NCBI GenBank assembly: GCA_964433415.1
Contig: CAYSQM010000001.1
Coordinates: 11,468-75,467, forward strand
From: an uncultured Pseudomonadota bacterium
GTDB lineage: Bacteria > Babelota > Babeliae > Babelales > CAIQNR01
Length of the DNA stretch: 64,000 bases
Reading direction: 5' to 3'
In this document: in pieces, positions 37,911 through 46,177 of the stretch
Layout: each line of letters starts with the position of its first letter
How positions within the stretch are numbered: position 1 is the first letter of the stretch
Translations under genes and position numbers: made by a program
Notes under the pieces: generated by a model
Told to the model about the DNA's origin: nothing
What the model saw: the letters and a program-made list of their open reading frames with translations, nothing else
Databases searched by the model: none

Positions 37911-39023
37911 ATGAAGAAGCAGTTGCTCATAATGGTGATATGTGTATCGGGATTAGGTGATATAAGTGCCTCTCGTATAAAAATATTTTCTGAACAAAAA
38001 GAGGACAATCATCAAAATGGGGATCATCATAAAAATTTAGTACCTCTTTATGAAAATCCAGCAAAAAAAGAACGTTTAAATAAAAAAAGAGTAATGAAAT
38101 CTCAATTATTGCTAAAAAAGCATGTTGAAACACAGCAGGCTCCACATGATATTCCAGCTTTAGTATTGCACAGAAATCAATTGATGTCAGAAATTGATGA
38201 AACAAAATCTGATATACATAATCAATTAAAAGATGCAAAAAAAATTAATAAAGAAGCTAATTTAGTTGCAAGAAAAGAGTATCGGTCTGATAAAAAAAGC
38301 GTTAATGTTGAATTAAATAAGTTACGTCTTGAAGCACGTATAGCAGGCTCTCAACAGAGAAGTGAAGATGCGAAAAATCTTCATACTCAGATTGAAAATT
38401 TGCAAGGTTTTGGAGTGACGCCAGAAGCGCAAGTTAAGTATGATGATATAGTAAGTTTAAGGGATCAATTAAGTACTTTGAAAAAAGACCAAAGAGATAC
38501 CATTAGTGCATTAAGAGAAAAATGTGCTAAGGCTCATGTTAAATATCAACCAGCAATGCGTGTAAAAAAATGCAAAGAAAAAGTAGTCAAAGAAAAAAAA
38601 GTTAAAGAAGTAATTGTTAAAAAGCCAAAAATTAAAAAGCCAAAAATTAAAAAGCCAAAAATTAAAAAGCCAAAAATTAAAAAGTCAAAAGTTAAAATGG
38701 CTAAAGTTAAAAAAGAAAAAGTAATCAAAGAAAAAGTAGTTAAACCTGCAAAAATAAAAAAAGAAAAATTACCTAAAAAAGAACAACAAAAGAAAGCTCC
38801 AAAAGTTAAAAAAGAGTTGAATGAAAAATCTTATTCACCTAAAAGCATGCATCAAGAAGAAAATGGTCAAACTCCTATGAAAAGAAAAAGAATGTCTAGC
38901 GCAAAAGAAGAAGATGGTTCTATGAGTTCAAAAAGATCATTAAAAAGAGCAACAGTGGTTCAAAAAGAATCAGTAAAAATGAAAAAAGAAAAAGTAGCTA
39001 AAACATCAAAAATAGCTTCTTAG
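37911..39023 (+). CDS. secreted polylysine protein with KKPKI pentapeptide repeats
   Basis: Signal peptide MKKQLLIMVICVSGLGDISA, coiled-coil middle, and a C-terminal half made almost entirely of K/V/P/E, including (KKPKI)x4. Confidence 0.7.
   Translation: MKKQLLIMVICVSGLGDISASRIKIFSEQKEDNHQNGDHHKNLVPLYENPAKKERLNKKRVMKSQLLLKKHVETQQAPHDIPALVLHRNQLMSEIDETKSDIHNQLKDAKKINKEANLVARKEYRSDKKSVNVELNKLRLEARIAGSQQRSEDAKNLHTQIENLQGFGVTPEAQVKYDDIVSLRDQLSTLKKDQRDTISALREKCAKAHVKYQPAMRVKKCKEKVVKEKKVKEVIVKKPKIKKPKIKKPKIKKPKIKKSKVKMAKVKKEKVIKEKVVKPAKIKKEKLPKKEQQKKAPKVKKELNEKSYSPKSMHQEENGQTPMKRKRMSSAKEEDGSMSSKRSLKRATVVQKESVKMKKEKVAKTSKIAS
38619..38693 (+). repeat. 15-bp tandem repeat, 4 perfect copies plus 1 degenerate copy
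   Basis: aaaaagccaaaaatt x4, then aaaaagtcaaaagtt. In-frame, encoding KKPKI. Confidence 0.9.
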
Positions 39024-39071
39024 AAAAAATAAGCATTATCGCATAGATAAAATTCTTAGATTTTAATAAAT

Positions 39072-39111
39072 AAAAAAGACCTTGTAAGATAAAAGCTACA
39101 AGGTCTTTTTT
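39072..39111. terminator. bidirectional rho-independent terminator
   Basis: A6-gaccttgta-loop-tacaaggtc-T6, between convergent genes. Confidence 0.85.
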
Positions 39112-39135
39112 ATTTATAGGATTTAGTATCGATTT

Positions 39136-41634
39136 TTAAAAATCAAAATATGAAGAGAAGCTGACTTCTCCAGCTTTTTCGCCAGTTTGTTTATCCAACT
39201 TAAAGCCCCAATCTATACGGATTGGTTGAGGATTTAACATGCGTAATCCAATACCAATAGAGTGACGGTATTTAAATGAGTTATTCTTTAAATGAGCAGG
39301 GTCTATTGTTGATGCGTGTGGAGTATTCCATCCTGTTCCACCATCGTAAAACACTACTCCTTTGAAGCTTAAATCTTGCGTGAGAGGAAAGACTAATTCT
39401 GCATTAAAGAATAATCCACGTTTTGCGCCAATAGAATCACCTTGCCATCCTTCATCTTCTAAAAGATCTGGGTGAAACCACATTGGTCCAATTTGGCCAA
39501 ATGTCCAGCCACGTACGCTTGCTTGTCCGCCAATATGATAAAGTTCACGGTAAGGGATTGAATGATCCCCTAAGGCATTTACTGACCCAAGGTGTCCACG
39601 CAAATGAAGTACTAAAGTTTTTTCATCAATAATAGGAGTGTACCAGTGGCCATCAAATTGTATTTTGAAAAAGCTAAAATTATCACCAAACATAGGAAGT
39701 CCAAGTTTAGACGTAATTGACCATTGGTGACCACGACTAATATGAACATTATGATTTCTGGTATCTTGGCCACAATCAAGTTGTAAGAAGGTGAATTTGC
39801 CAGTTTCAAAGCGTTGATCGAAAATTGCTTGAAGCTCATTTTTTGCATTAACATCACCAACAATTGAAGCAGTCACTTTTGTTTTTTGCCCATTTGTTGA
39901 ACTATATAATGCTAATGAATTAATACCTGTTTGAAAAATAAATGAGGTATCAGAAAGTTTACGTGAAATAAAACCGATATGGCCGGATCCTCCAAAACGT
40001 TCTTCTTGTACAGAATCAACTACTTTGCGAACTTCATCATAAGAAGAGCGTGAAAAGTAACCATCAAAACCAACACGAATAGGTTTGTCAAAAAGCCATG
40101 GTTGAGCAACGCCAATATTTAATCCTCTATCTTCTTGACCAAGACGAGCCATAAAATTACCGGTAAGTCCTTTTCCTGCAATGTTACGATCAGATAAATG
40201 AAATTCTGCAGCAATCCCAGAATGCATAGAAAGTTCTCCAGGCGCACCACCATAGGTTAATTTTAGTTCTCCACGACCAGTAGGGACTTCTTTAACAATA
40301 AGATCAAGATCTGCTAAATCTTCGCTTAATCTATTGAGTTTCCAGTTGACACCATCGCGAGGATCAAAATAACTTAAAGCTCCCACGCGATCTTTTGAAG
40401 CATCCATTCGAGTACTGGTGAGTGTATCGCCTTCATTAAATAATAGTTGGCGACGAATAATTTTATCACGTGTTTTTTCGTTTCCAAAAATACTAATTCT
40501 ATTAAGGCGTACTTTACTTCCTAATTCAATATGAAAACCAATAGAAACTTTTTTAGTTTTGTCATCAGGTTGAATCATTGGTTCAATGTCTGCATAAATA
40601 TATCCAAAGTCACCACATATTGTACGTAATTGATCCATAGAGATACGTATTAATTCTCGTGAATAAAGTTGGCCTTTTCTAATAGGAATCAAGCTCAGTA
40701 ATTGTTCTTCTGTAAAAAGATCATTTCCTGGGGCAGTTACTTCATCAATAACGTACTTATCTCCTTCGTGAATAACAAAAGTGATAGTCATTTCTTTTTT
40801 GTTATTGCTAAATTTAAGATTAGCATCAATAACACGCGCATTCATGTAGCCATTACTTTGATAAAAACCTTCTAGGGTAAATTTATCCGACTCAACAGCT
40901 TGTGGATGATAGGTTCCAGATTTATCCATTGGCCCTAAAATCCAATCTTCACGAGTAAATAAAAGACTGCGTAATTTTTTTTCATTAAAAACTGTGTTTC
41001 CTTTAAAACGAACACGTTTTACTAATGATTGCGGTCCTTCTTTGATAGTGAAAATTACTTTATTGCTATCTTTTTCAGTAACCATTTTTACGGTTACTTC
41101 AGCAAAATGATAATTTTTTTCTGCGTATGCTTTTTTAATTACTCGTACTAATTTTTTTAGTTCTTGTAATTCAGCTGCAGGTATTTTGGTAAAATCTAAC
41201 TTTTTACTAATATCTTTTTCTGGAAGATGAGTGTTTCCTTTAAAAATAATTTCTTTAATTAGTGGTTTTTCTGTGACGTTAATATGTAAATTTATTTTAT
41301 TTTCCGGTAGTTTTTCGGTGCTGATTTCTACTTGTTTAAAATAACCTAATTTATGGATGTTTTTAATTGTGCTATTAGTTTTCTCATTAGAAAATTCTTC
41401 ATCTTCATGATAAGGAATTTTACTTCTAATAGTATCAATAGGAAGTGTTTTTGACCCATTAATTATAATCTTATTAATAAGTGGGGATCTATCATAAGTA
41501 TGGTTATTGTTTGGTAAAATAGTGTCATCTTGAGTTTCGTTCTGTGCATTAATTATTTTACTATGTAATAAAGGAAATGCGACAATAAAAAACGCAAATA
41601 ATATAAACTTATTAATCTTTTTCTTATGCTTCAT
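39136..41634 (-). CDS. bamA: outer membrane protein assembly factor BamA
   Basis: 832 aa with signal peptide, repeated POTRA-like modules and an Omp85 barrel. C-terminus SFSSYFDF ends in Phe. Confidence 0.88.
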   Translation of the reverse strand: MKHKKKINKFILFAFFIVAFPLLHSKIINAQNETQDDTILPNNNHTYDRSPLINKIIINGSKTLPIDTIRSKIPYHEDEEFSNEKTNSTIKNIHKLGYFKQVEISTEKLPENKINLHINVTEKPLIKEIIFKGNTHLPEKDISKKLDFTKIPAAELQELKKLVRVIKKAYAEKNYHFAEVTVKMVTEKDSNKVIFTIKEGPQSLVKRVRFKGNTVFNEKKLRSLLFTREDWILGPMDKSGTYHPQAVESDKFTLEGFYQSNGYMNARVIDANLKFSNNKKEMTITFVIHEGDKYVIDEVTAPGNDLFTEEQLLSLIPIRKGQLYSRELIRISMDQLRTICGDFGYIYADIEPMIQPDDKTKKVSIGFHIELGSKVRLNRISIFGNEKTRDKIIRRQLLFNEGDTLTSTRMDASKDRVGALSYFDPRDGVNWKLNRLSEDLADLDLIVKEVPTGRGELKLTYGGAPGELSMHSGIAAEFHLSDRNIAGKGLTGNFMARLGQEDRGLNIGVAQPWLFDKPIRVGFDGYFSRSSYDEVRKVVDSVQEERFGGSGHIGFISRKLSDTSFIFQTGINSLALYSSTNGQKTKVTASIVGDVNAKNELQAIFDQRFETGKFTFLQLDCGQDTRNHNVHISRGHQWSITSKLGLPMFGDNFSFFKIQFDGHWYTPIIDEKTLVLHLRGHLGSVNALGDHSIPYRELYHIGGQASVRGWTFGQIGPMWFHPDLLEDEGWQGDSIGAKRGLFFNAELVFPLTQDLSFKGVVFYDGGTGWNTPHASTIDPAHLKNNSFKYRHSIGIGLRMLNPQPIRIDWGFKLDKQTGEKAGEVSFSSYFDF

Positions 41635-41748
41635 GTATAACTCCTGGACTCTCTCGTATCCTAGTAACTTTTATGATCTCATGTTAGAATAAAGTCTCAT
41701 GATACTATTTTTGAAAAAATTAGCCAGTTCTCTCATAGGATACTAACC

Positions 41749-43071
41749 ATGATTACGTTAACTAATACGGTAACCGGGAAAAAAGAGAAATTAACCACGT
41801 TAAAAGATGGTTCTATTAATTTATATGCATGCGGCATTACACCGTACGATTACGCACATCTTGGCCATGGTCGTTGTTACATCATCTTTGATGTATTAGT
41901 GCGATTTTTAAAATTAAATAATTATAGTGTTAATTATTGCCGAAACTTTACTGATATTGATGATAAGTTGATAGCTCGTGCAGAAAAAGAATTAGGTGAT
42001 CCATTAAAATATAAAGAAGTAGCAGATAAATATATTTCTTATTATTTAGAAGATATGGAAGCGTTAAATTGTCAATTTCCTCAAAATCAACCAAGAGTGA
42101 CTGAAGTTATCCCAGAAATTATAAGTTTAATTGAACGTTTAGTAGCAAAGGGAAACGCTTATTCAGTTGATGGCGACGTTTATTATGAAGTTAAGAGTTT
42201 TCCTGCATATGGCGCCCTTTCAAAGCGTAGTTTAGAAGATTTACATGCAGGATCGCGTATTGAAATTAATCAGAAGAAAAAAAATCCTTTAGATTTTGCA
42301 TTATGGAAGCATGAAAAAGCAGGATTTTGGGATAGTCCGTGGGGGCATGGCAGGCCAGGGTGGCATATTGAATGTTCTGCAATGGCTATGAAATATTTTG
42401 GTGATTCAATGGATATTCATGCAGGGGGGCAAGATCTTATTTTTCCTCATCATGAAAATGAAATTGCACAATCTGAAGGGGCTACTGGAAAACCATTTGT
42501 ACATCATTGGATGCATGTAGCATTTGTAAGAATTAATCAAGAAAAAATGTCTAAATCATTAGGTAATTTCTTTACTTTACGTGATTTATTTAATCTTTTT
42601 GATCCTATGGTTATTCGTTTTTATATTTTGAATCATCATTACAGATCACCATTAGATTTTGCTTTAAGTGATCTTGAATCTTCAGAAAAAGCATATCGTA
42701 AATTATGTAAAGCATTTTCAGTGCGTGCTTGTTTGGTTAATTTATCAGGTCATGACGGGGCCACTCCGCTGCTTGATTCTATAAAAAAGTTTGTAGCAGA
42801 TGATTTAAATACAGTTGGATTGTGGGGAGTTGTTTTTGAAAATCTTGATACCTTTGGTGATGAATTTTGTTTGATTAAGTCTTTTATTCAAAATGTTCTT
42901 GGTCTTACTTTAGAAAATTTGCCACAAAAAATTGTATGTATTACGCCAGAAATTCAAAAGTTGCTTAATGCTCGCGATCAAGCTCGTACAGCTAAAGATT
43001 GGACTGAGTCTGACAGGTTAAGAGATCAACTTAAAGAGCTTGGGGTTGAAGTTCAAGATCGGAAATTATAA
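41749..43071 (+). CDS. cysS: cysteine--tRNA ligase
   Basis: HLGHGR (HIGH motif), KMSKS, and WHIECS zinc-site context. Confidence 0.93.
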   Translation: MITLTNTVTGKKEKLTTLKDGSINLYACGITPYDYAHLGHGRCYIIFDVLVRFLKLNNYSVNYCRNFTDIDDKLIARAEKELGDPLKYKEVADKYISYYLEDMEALNCQFPQNQPRVTEVIPEIISLIERLVAKGNAYSVDGDVYYEVKSFPAYGALSKRSLEDLHAGSRIEINQKKKNPLDFALWKHEKAGFWDSPWGHGRPGWHIECSAMAMKYFGDSMDIHAGGQDLIFPHHENEIAQSEGATGKPFVHHWMHVAFVRINQEKMSKSLGNFFTLRDLFNLFDPMVIRFYILNHHYRSPLDFALSDLESSEKAYRKLCKAFSVRACLVNLSGHDGATPLLDSIKKFVADDLNTVGLWGVVFENLDTFGDEFCLIKSFIQNVLGLTLENLPQKIVCITPEIQKLLNARDQARTAKDWTESDRLRDQLKELGVEVQDRKL

Positions 43072-43493
43072 AATCGAATTCTTGAATTTCTTCTTTTAAA
43101 GATTGAGTAGCTTCTTCTCTGTATTGTTTTGTTTTTATGCTTAGACTAGTAATGTCGATTGTTTTAAACGAACCATCTATTGGGTTGAATTCTTTCTTTT
43201 GTTTTGTTTCAAATGTTAAGAATTTGCCTTCTATTGAATTTAATAGAAGATTAGTTGTGTTATCATATATTTCTGTATGAACATAATTATGTTGTTTTAG
43301 CGCAGAACAAAATGTTATTTGGATAGCTTTTAATTTTTTATTATCACTTATAAATGTTTGGCATTCTTCTGTATGTCCATCATGGATTATTCTCCTGGTC
43401 GGTTTTTGGGAATAATAATAAGAAACAGAATGCTTTAAAATTTCTCCTAAAAGAACCTCTGATTCATCGTCTTCTTGAGAAGAAAAATTCCAT
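43031..43493 (-). pseudogene. frameshift-interrupted ORF (about 155 codons), absent from the ORF track
   Basis: The ATG at 43493 reads MEFFFSRRR then stop. The +1 frame is stop-free for 153 codons (WNFSSQEDDESEVLLGEILKHS...EFDFIISDLELQPQAL) down to the TAA at 43031-43033. Deleting one T from the T5 run (43483-43487) fuses the two frames. There is no ATG/GTG/TTG inside the open frame. Confidence 0.5.
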
Positions 43494-43592
43494 CAGTAAG
43501 AGAATAGAGAGTTATTTTGTTTTGATGCTGATCTTGTTTTCTATTAAATGTTGATTGTGTTTTTATTTTTATTAAATTTTCTTTGGAAAAAC

Positions 43593-43898
43593 TTATAAAC
43601 TCCCCTTTGACAAAAGGGCAATGGTGGTATTGGTAGGGACATGAATAATTGAAGTATGAGCTTGTAAACGTTCAATATTTGATAATTTTCCATCAGTGAC
43701 TTCTAAAGCTAAAAGTGTACCGTCAGTATTTAAGAAATGGGACTCTTTATGATAATAATCTTTAAAATTAATAGCATCATAACTTCTAATTCTGCTTTGT
43801 TCAAATTTATTTAATTCTAGTGCTTCTAGGGTAATAAGATTAAACAAAAATAAACTTGTATATAAAAAATAGAATATTTTTTTGTAAGCTTGCTTCAT
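43593..43898 (-). CDS. small secreted hypothetical protein
   Basis: 101 aa with leader MKQAYKKIFYFLYTSLFLFNLITLEA. Confidence 0.5.
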   Translation of the reverse strand: MKQAYKKIFYFLYTSLFLFNLITLEALELNKFEQSRIRSYDAINFKDYYHKESHFLNTDGTLLALEVTDGKLSNIERLQAHTSIIHVPTNTTIALLSKGSL

Positions 43899-43922
43899 CG
43901 CTACCCCTTAAAATCCAGCTTA

Positions 43923-44522
43923 TTATAGGTGAGCTAGAATTTTTGTTTTGAAAAGTTCTTTGTCATAAGTTCCTTCAATTTGTTCCTGAACTTTATTATC
44001 TTTAAGAACAAGAATGGTAGGAATACAATTAATAGAAACATTATAGTTTGTTTTTAAAAATTGTATTGTTTCATCAGAGTCTTCAAATGAATCAACTTCA
44101 ATTTCTGCACAGACTATTTTTTTTTGTAATTCTCCAGCAACTGTTTTAAAAGATGCAGCCATTGCATTATAAGTAGTGCACCAATCAGCTTTTATATTCA
44201 ATAAAACAGGAACCTTAACAGTACGTAAAATATCATGATTTTTTGGATTAATAGTAAAAAAAAGTGGAAAGTTTTGTGTTGTTGTTTTTTCTTGAATAGG
44301 TTCTTTTTTTGTAACGATAGATTTTTTTGATGAACTAAGAGAAGAATCTTTGGCCAAATTATCTTCGGCTTTAACAGATTCTTTTAAGAAATTATGAGAA
44401 TTTATTCTATTTCTTTTGCTCTTTAAATTAGAACGTGCAGCAGCGATATTATGCGTGAAAAAAGAAAAATAAGCACTAATAACAAGTACTAGTGCTTTAT
44501 ATAAATGGCTTTGCATATGCAT
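43923..44522 (-). CDS. membrane-anchored thioredoxin-fold protein with monothiol WCTTY motif
   Basis: N-terminal anchor LYKALVLVISAYFSFF. Trx-like core with WCTTYNAM in place of WCGPC, and a cis-Pro loop IPTILV. The start overlaps the trxA stop (TAATG). Confidence 0.6.
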   Translation of the reverse strand: MHMQSHLYKALVLVISAYFSFFTHNIAAARSNLKSKRNRINSHNFLKESVKAEDNLAKDSSLSSSKKSIVTKKEPIQEKTTTQNFPLFFTINPKNHDILRTVKVPVLLNIKADWCTTYNAMAASFKTVAGELQKKIVCAEIEVDSFEDSDETIQFLKTNYNVSINCIPTILVLKDNKVQEQIEGTYDKELFKTKILAHL

Positions 44523-44842
44523 TAGCCTATAAAATCTTCAATTATATTCTTAAGATCATTTTTATTGATATAACCGGTTTCTTTATGCTTAATTTCATTA
44601 TTTTTAATAAATACAAAAGTAGGCACAGAAGTTACACCATAATGGATAGAAAGTTCACGAGCTTCATCAACATTTAGCTTAGCAAATTTGATTTTGCTAT
44701 TTAATTCTTTTTCTAGTTCTTCAAAAACAGGCGCCATTTGTTGACATGGTCCACACCAAGTTGCGTATACATCAATGATTATTGGTAATTGAGATTGTGC
44801 AATTTCTTGTTCGATATTTTCTTTTGTTATGGTAATAGCCAT
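44522..44842 (-). CDS. trxA: thioredoxin
   Basis: 106 aa with WCGPCQQ active site and SVPTFVF cis-Pro loop. Confidence 0.92.
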   Translation of the reverse strand: MAITITKENIEQEIAQSQLPIIIDVYATWCGPCQQMAPVFEELEKELNSKIKFAKLNVDEARELSIHYGVTSVPTFVFIKNNEIKHKETGYINKNDLKNIIEDFIG

Positions 44843-44998
44843 GATACTCCTTATAGAGGTCTACATTTGCCAAGATACTAATTAACATCATTATTATAGC
44901 TACAAGAAAAATTATTATTCTCATTTCTATAATAGTAGAATCTACACGTTTGAATAAAAAGAGGCAATAGAGAAATTTTAAGATACTTACGCTCCTCA

Positions 44999-45526
44999 TC
45001 AAGACGCGTAACGTAGTGAAGCCGTCGGATCCATTTTAACGGCGCCAGCATAAGAAGAAACAAGTGTATGCATTGTTGAAGATATTTTTTTACTTAATAT
45101 TAATGGGGTTATGCCATTAATATTTTTTATTGTTGGGTTAGCATTTAACTTAAGAAGTGTTTCTGTTCTTTGGTAATTATTGTGGCTAATTGTATAGTGA
45201 AGTGCAGTGTGTAGTGTAGGTTTGTTTTGCTTATTAACCATAAGCGCAATCGATTCTTTTTTGAAAACAATTAAAAATTCAAATAAAGGGCATTCATTAT
45301 GTTGGGCTGCATAATGAAGAATAGTATTGCCTGCAAGAGAGCTGTTTAAATGAGCATCATGAGCTAATGCTAATTTAGCAAAATAGAGTGCGCCAAATCT
45401 ATTGTCGCATCCAGAAAAAATTTTTGTATGTAGAAATATTTTTGAATTGCTTAAAATTTCTTTTTCAGAACTTGTTAATGATAAAAAAGTAAAAAAAATA
45501 ATGAATTGTAAGAAAATATTTTTCAT
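44999..45526 (-). CDS. secreted ankyrin-repeat protein
   Basis: Signal peptide MKNIFLQFIIFFTFLSLTSS. ANK units: GNTILHYAAQHNECPLFEFLI, TALHYTISHNNYQRTETLLKLNANP, GITPLILS. Confidence 0.8.
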   Translation of the reverse strand: MKNIFLQFIIFFTFLSLTSSEKEILSNSKIFLHTKIFSGCDNRFGALYFAKLALAHDAHLNSSLAGNTILHYAAQHNECPLFEFLIVFKKESIALMVNKQNKPTLHTALHYTISHNNYQRTETLLKLNANPTIKNINGITPLILSKKISSTMHTLVSSYAGAVKMDPTASLRYAS

Positions 45527-45803
45527 TTTAATCCATATTTTTGCTTATTATTTTTTTAATTTAACCTTATTAAATCTTAATAATAAGCAAATTTTTAATA
45601 GTTAATCAAGCTTGAACAAACTTATGACCTGTGTAGAGGTTAAAAAGGAAAGCATGATCTGCTTTTTTTTAAATTATTTTTTATATAGCCAGAAAACCGT
45701 AGCCTTTCAAGGCCGGGGGTGAATAGTCATCCAAGTAAGCATTGATAGCAAGAGAAGTTTGTGAGAAAATAGAAATGTGATTAGGGGTAGGAAAATTTTT
45801 TAA

Positions 45804-46019
45804 ATAACTTACATGCTTATTTATCAGTTGGCATGGATTCCAAAATATAGAAAAAAAATATTAACATTAAAAGTGGTAGAAGTGTTGCTCTATCTTGCGC
45901 AGATAGATATTTTTCTGAAACATCTTGCCAAGCAAATGAAATTGAAATTTGTGAGCATATTAAAAATCAATGATAGTCATGAGCAAGAGATATGCGAGTC
46001 GCTTTTAATTCATCTGTAA
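45804..46019 (+). mobile_element. decayed IS200/IS605-family TnpA (Y1 transposase) remnant
   Basis: ITYMLIYQLAWIPKYRKKILTLKV matches the yyHlVfvtKYRrkvL region of IS200 TnpA. The HUH position reads NDSHEQE (degenerate). The ORF stops at about half normal length, before the catalytic Tyr. No TnpB. Confidence 0.5.
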
Positions 46020-46177
46020 ATTACTTTTTAATAAGCTTAAAATTGCTATAAATTTAAGTATTTAAAAAATAAAAAAGTAAATTTCAAAATAAATGTGATA
46101 CCATCAGCTTTTGATTATTGGTGAAATTTATGTATTAAAATCTGATCTTGTTTTTTAAAAAAAATAATAGGTGAATT

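Noticed and set aside
38619-38693. Possible CRISPR-like or other regularly spaced repeat array
   Set aside because: The repeats are contiguous 15-mers with no spacers, in-frame inside a CDS. No CRISPR array or cas gene is present anywhere in the window.
38546-38728. 60-aa antisense ORF (FGFLIFGFLIF...) opposite the KKPKI repeat
   Set aside because: It is a mirror image of the lysine repeat (AAA/TTT), an artefact of the tandem repeat on the coding strand.
43354-43554. 66-aa plus-strand ORF in the cysS-downstream gap
   Set aside because: It is antisense to the 153-codon stop-free minus-strand frame, which is a far stronger coding signal, and it has no RBS.
44772-45063. 76-aa and 61-aa minus-strand ORFs spanning the trxA/ankyrin spacer
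   Set aside because: They overlap the trxA start and the ankyrin gene end in other frames. They are AT-rich nonsense with no support.
45804-46019. Active IS200/IS605 element, or an OMEGA/TnpB-type RNA-guided system
   Set aside because: TnpA is truncated with a degenerate HUH motif. There is no TnpB/IscB ORF, and I could not identify convincing terminal hairpins.
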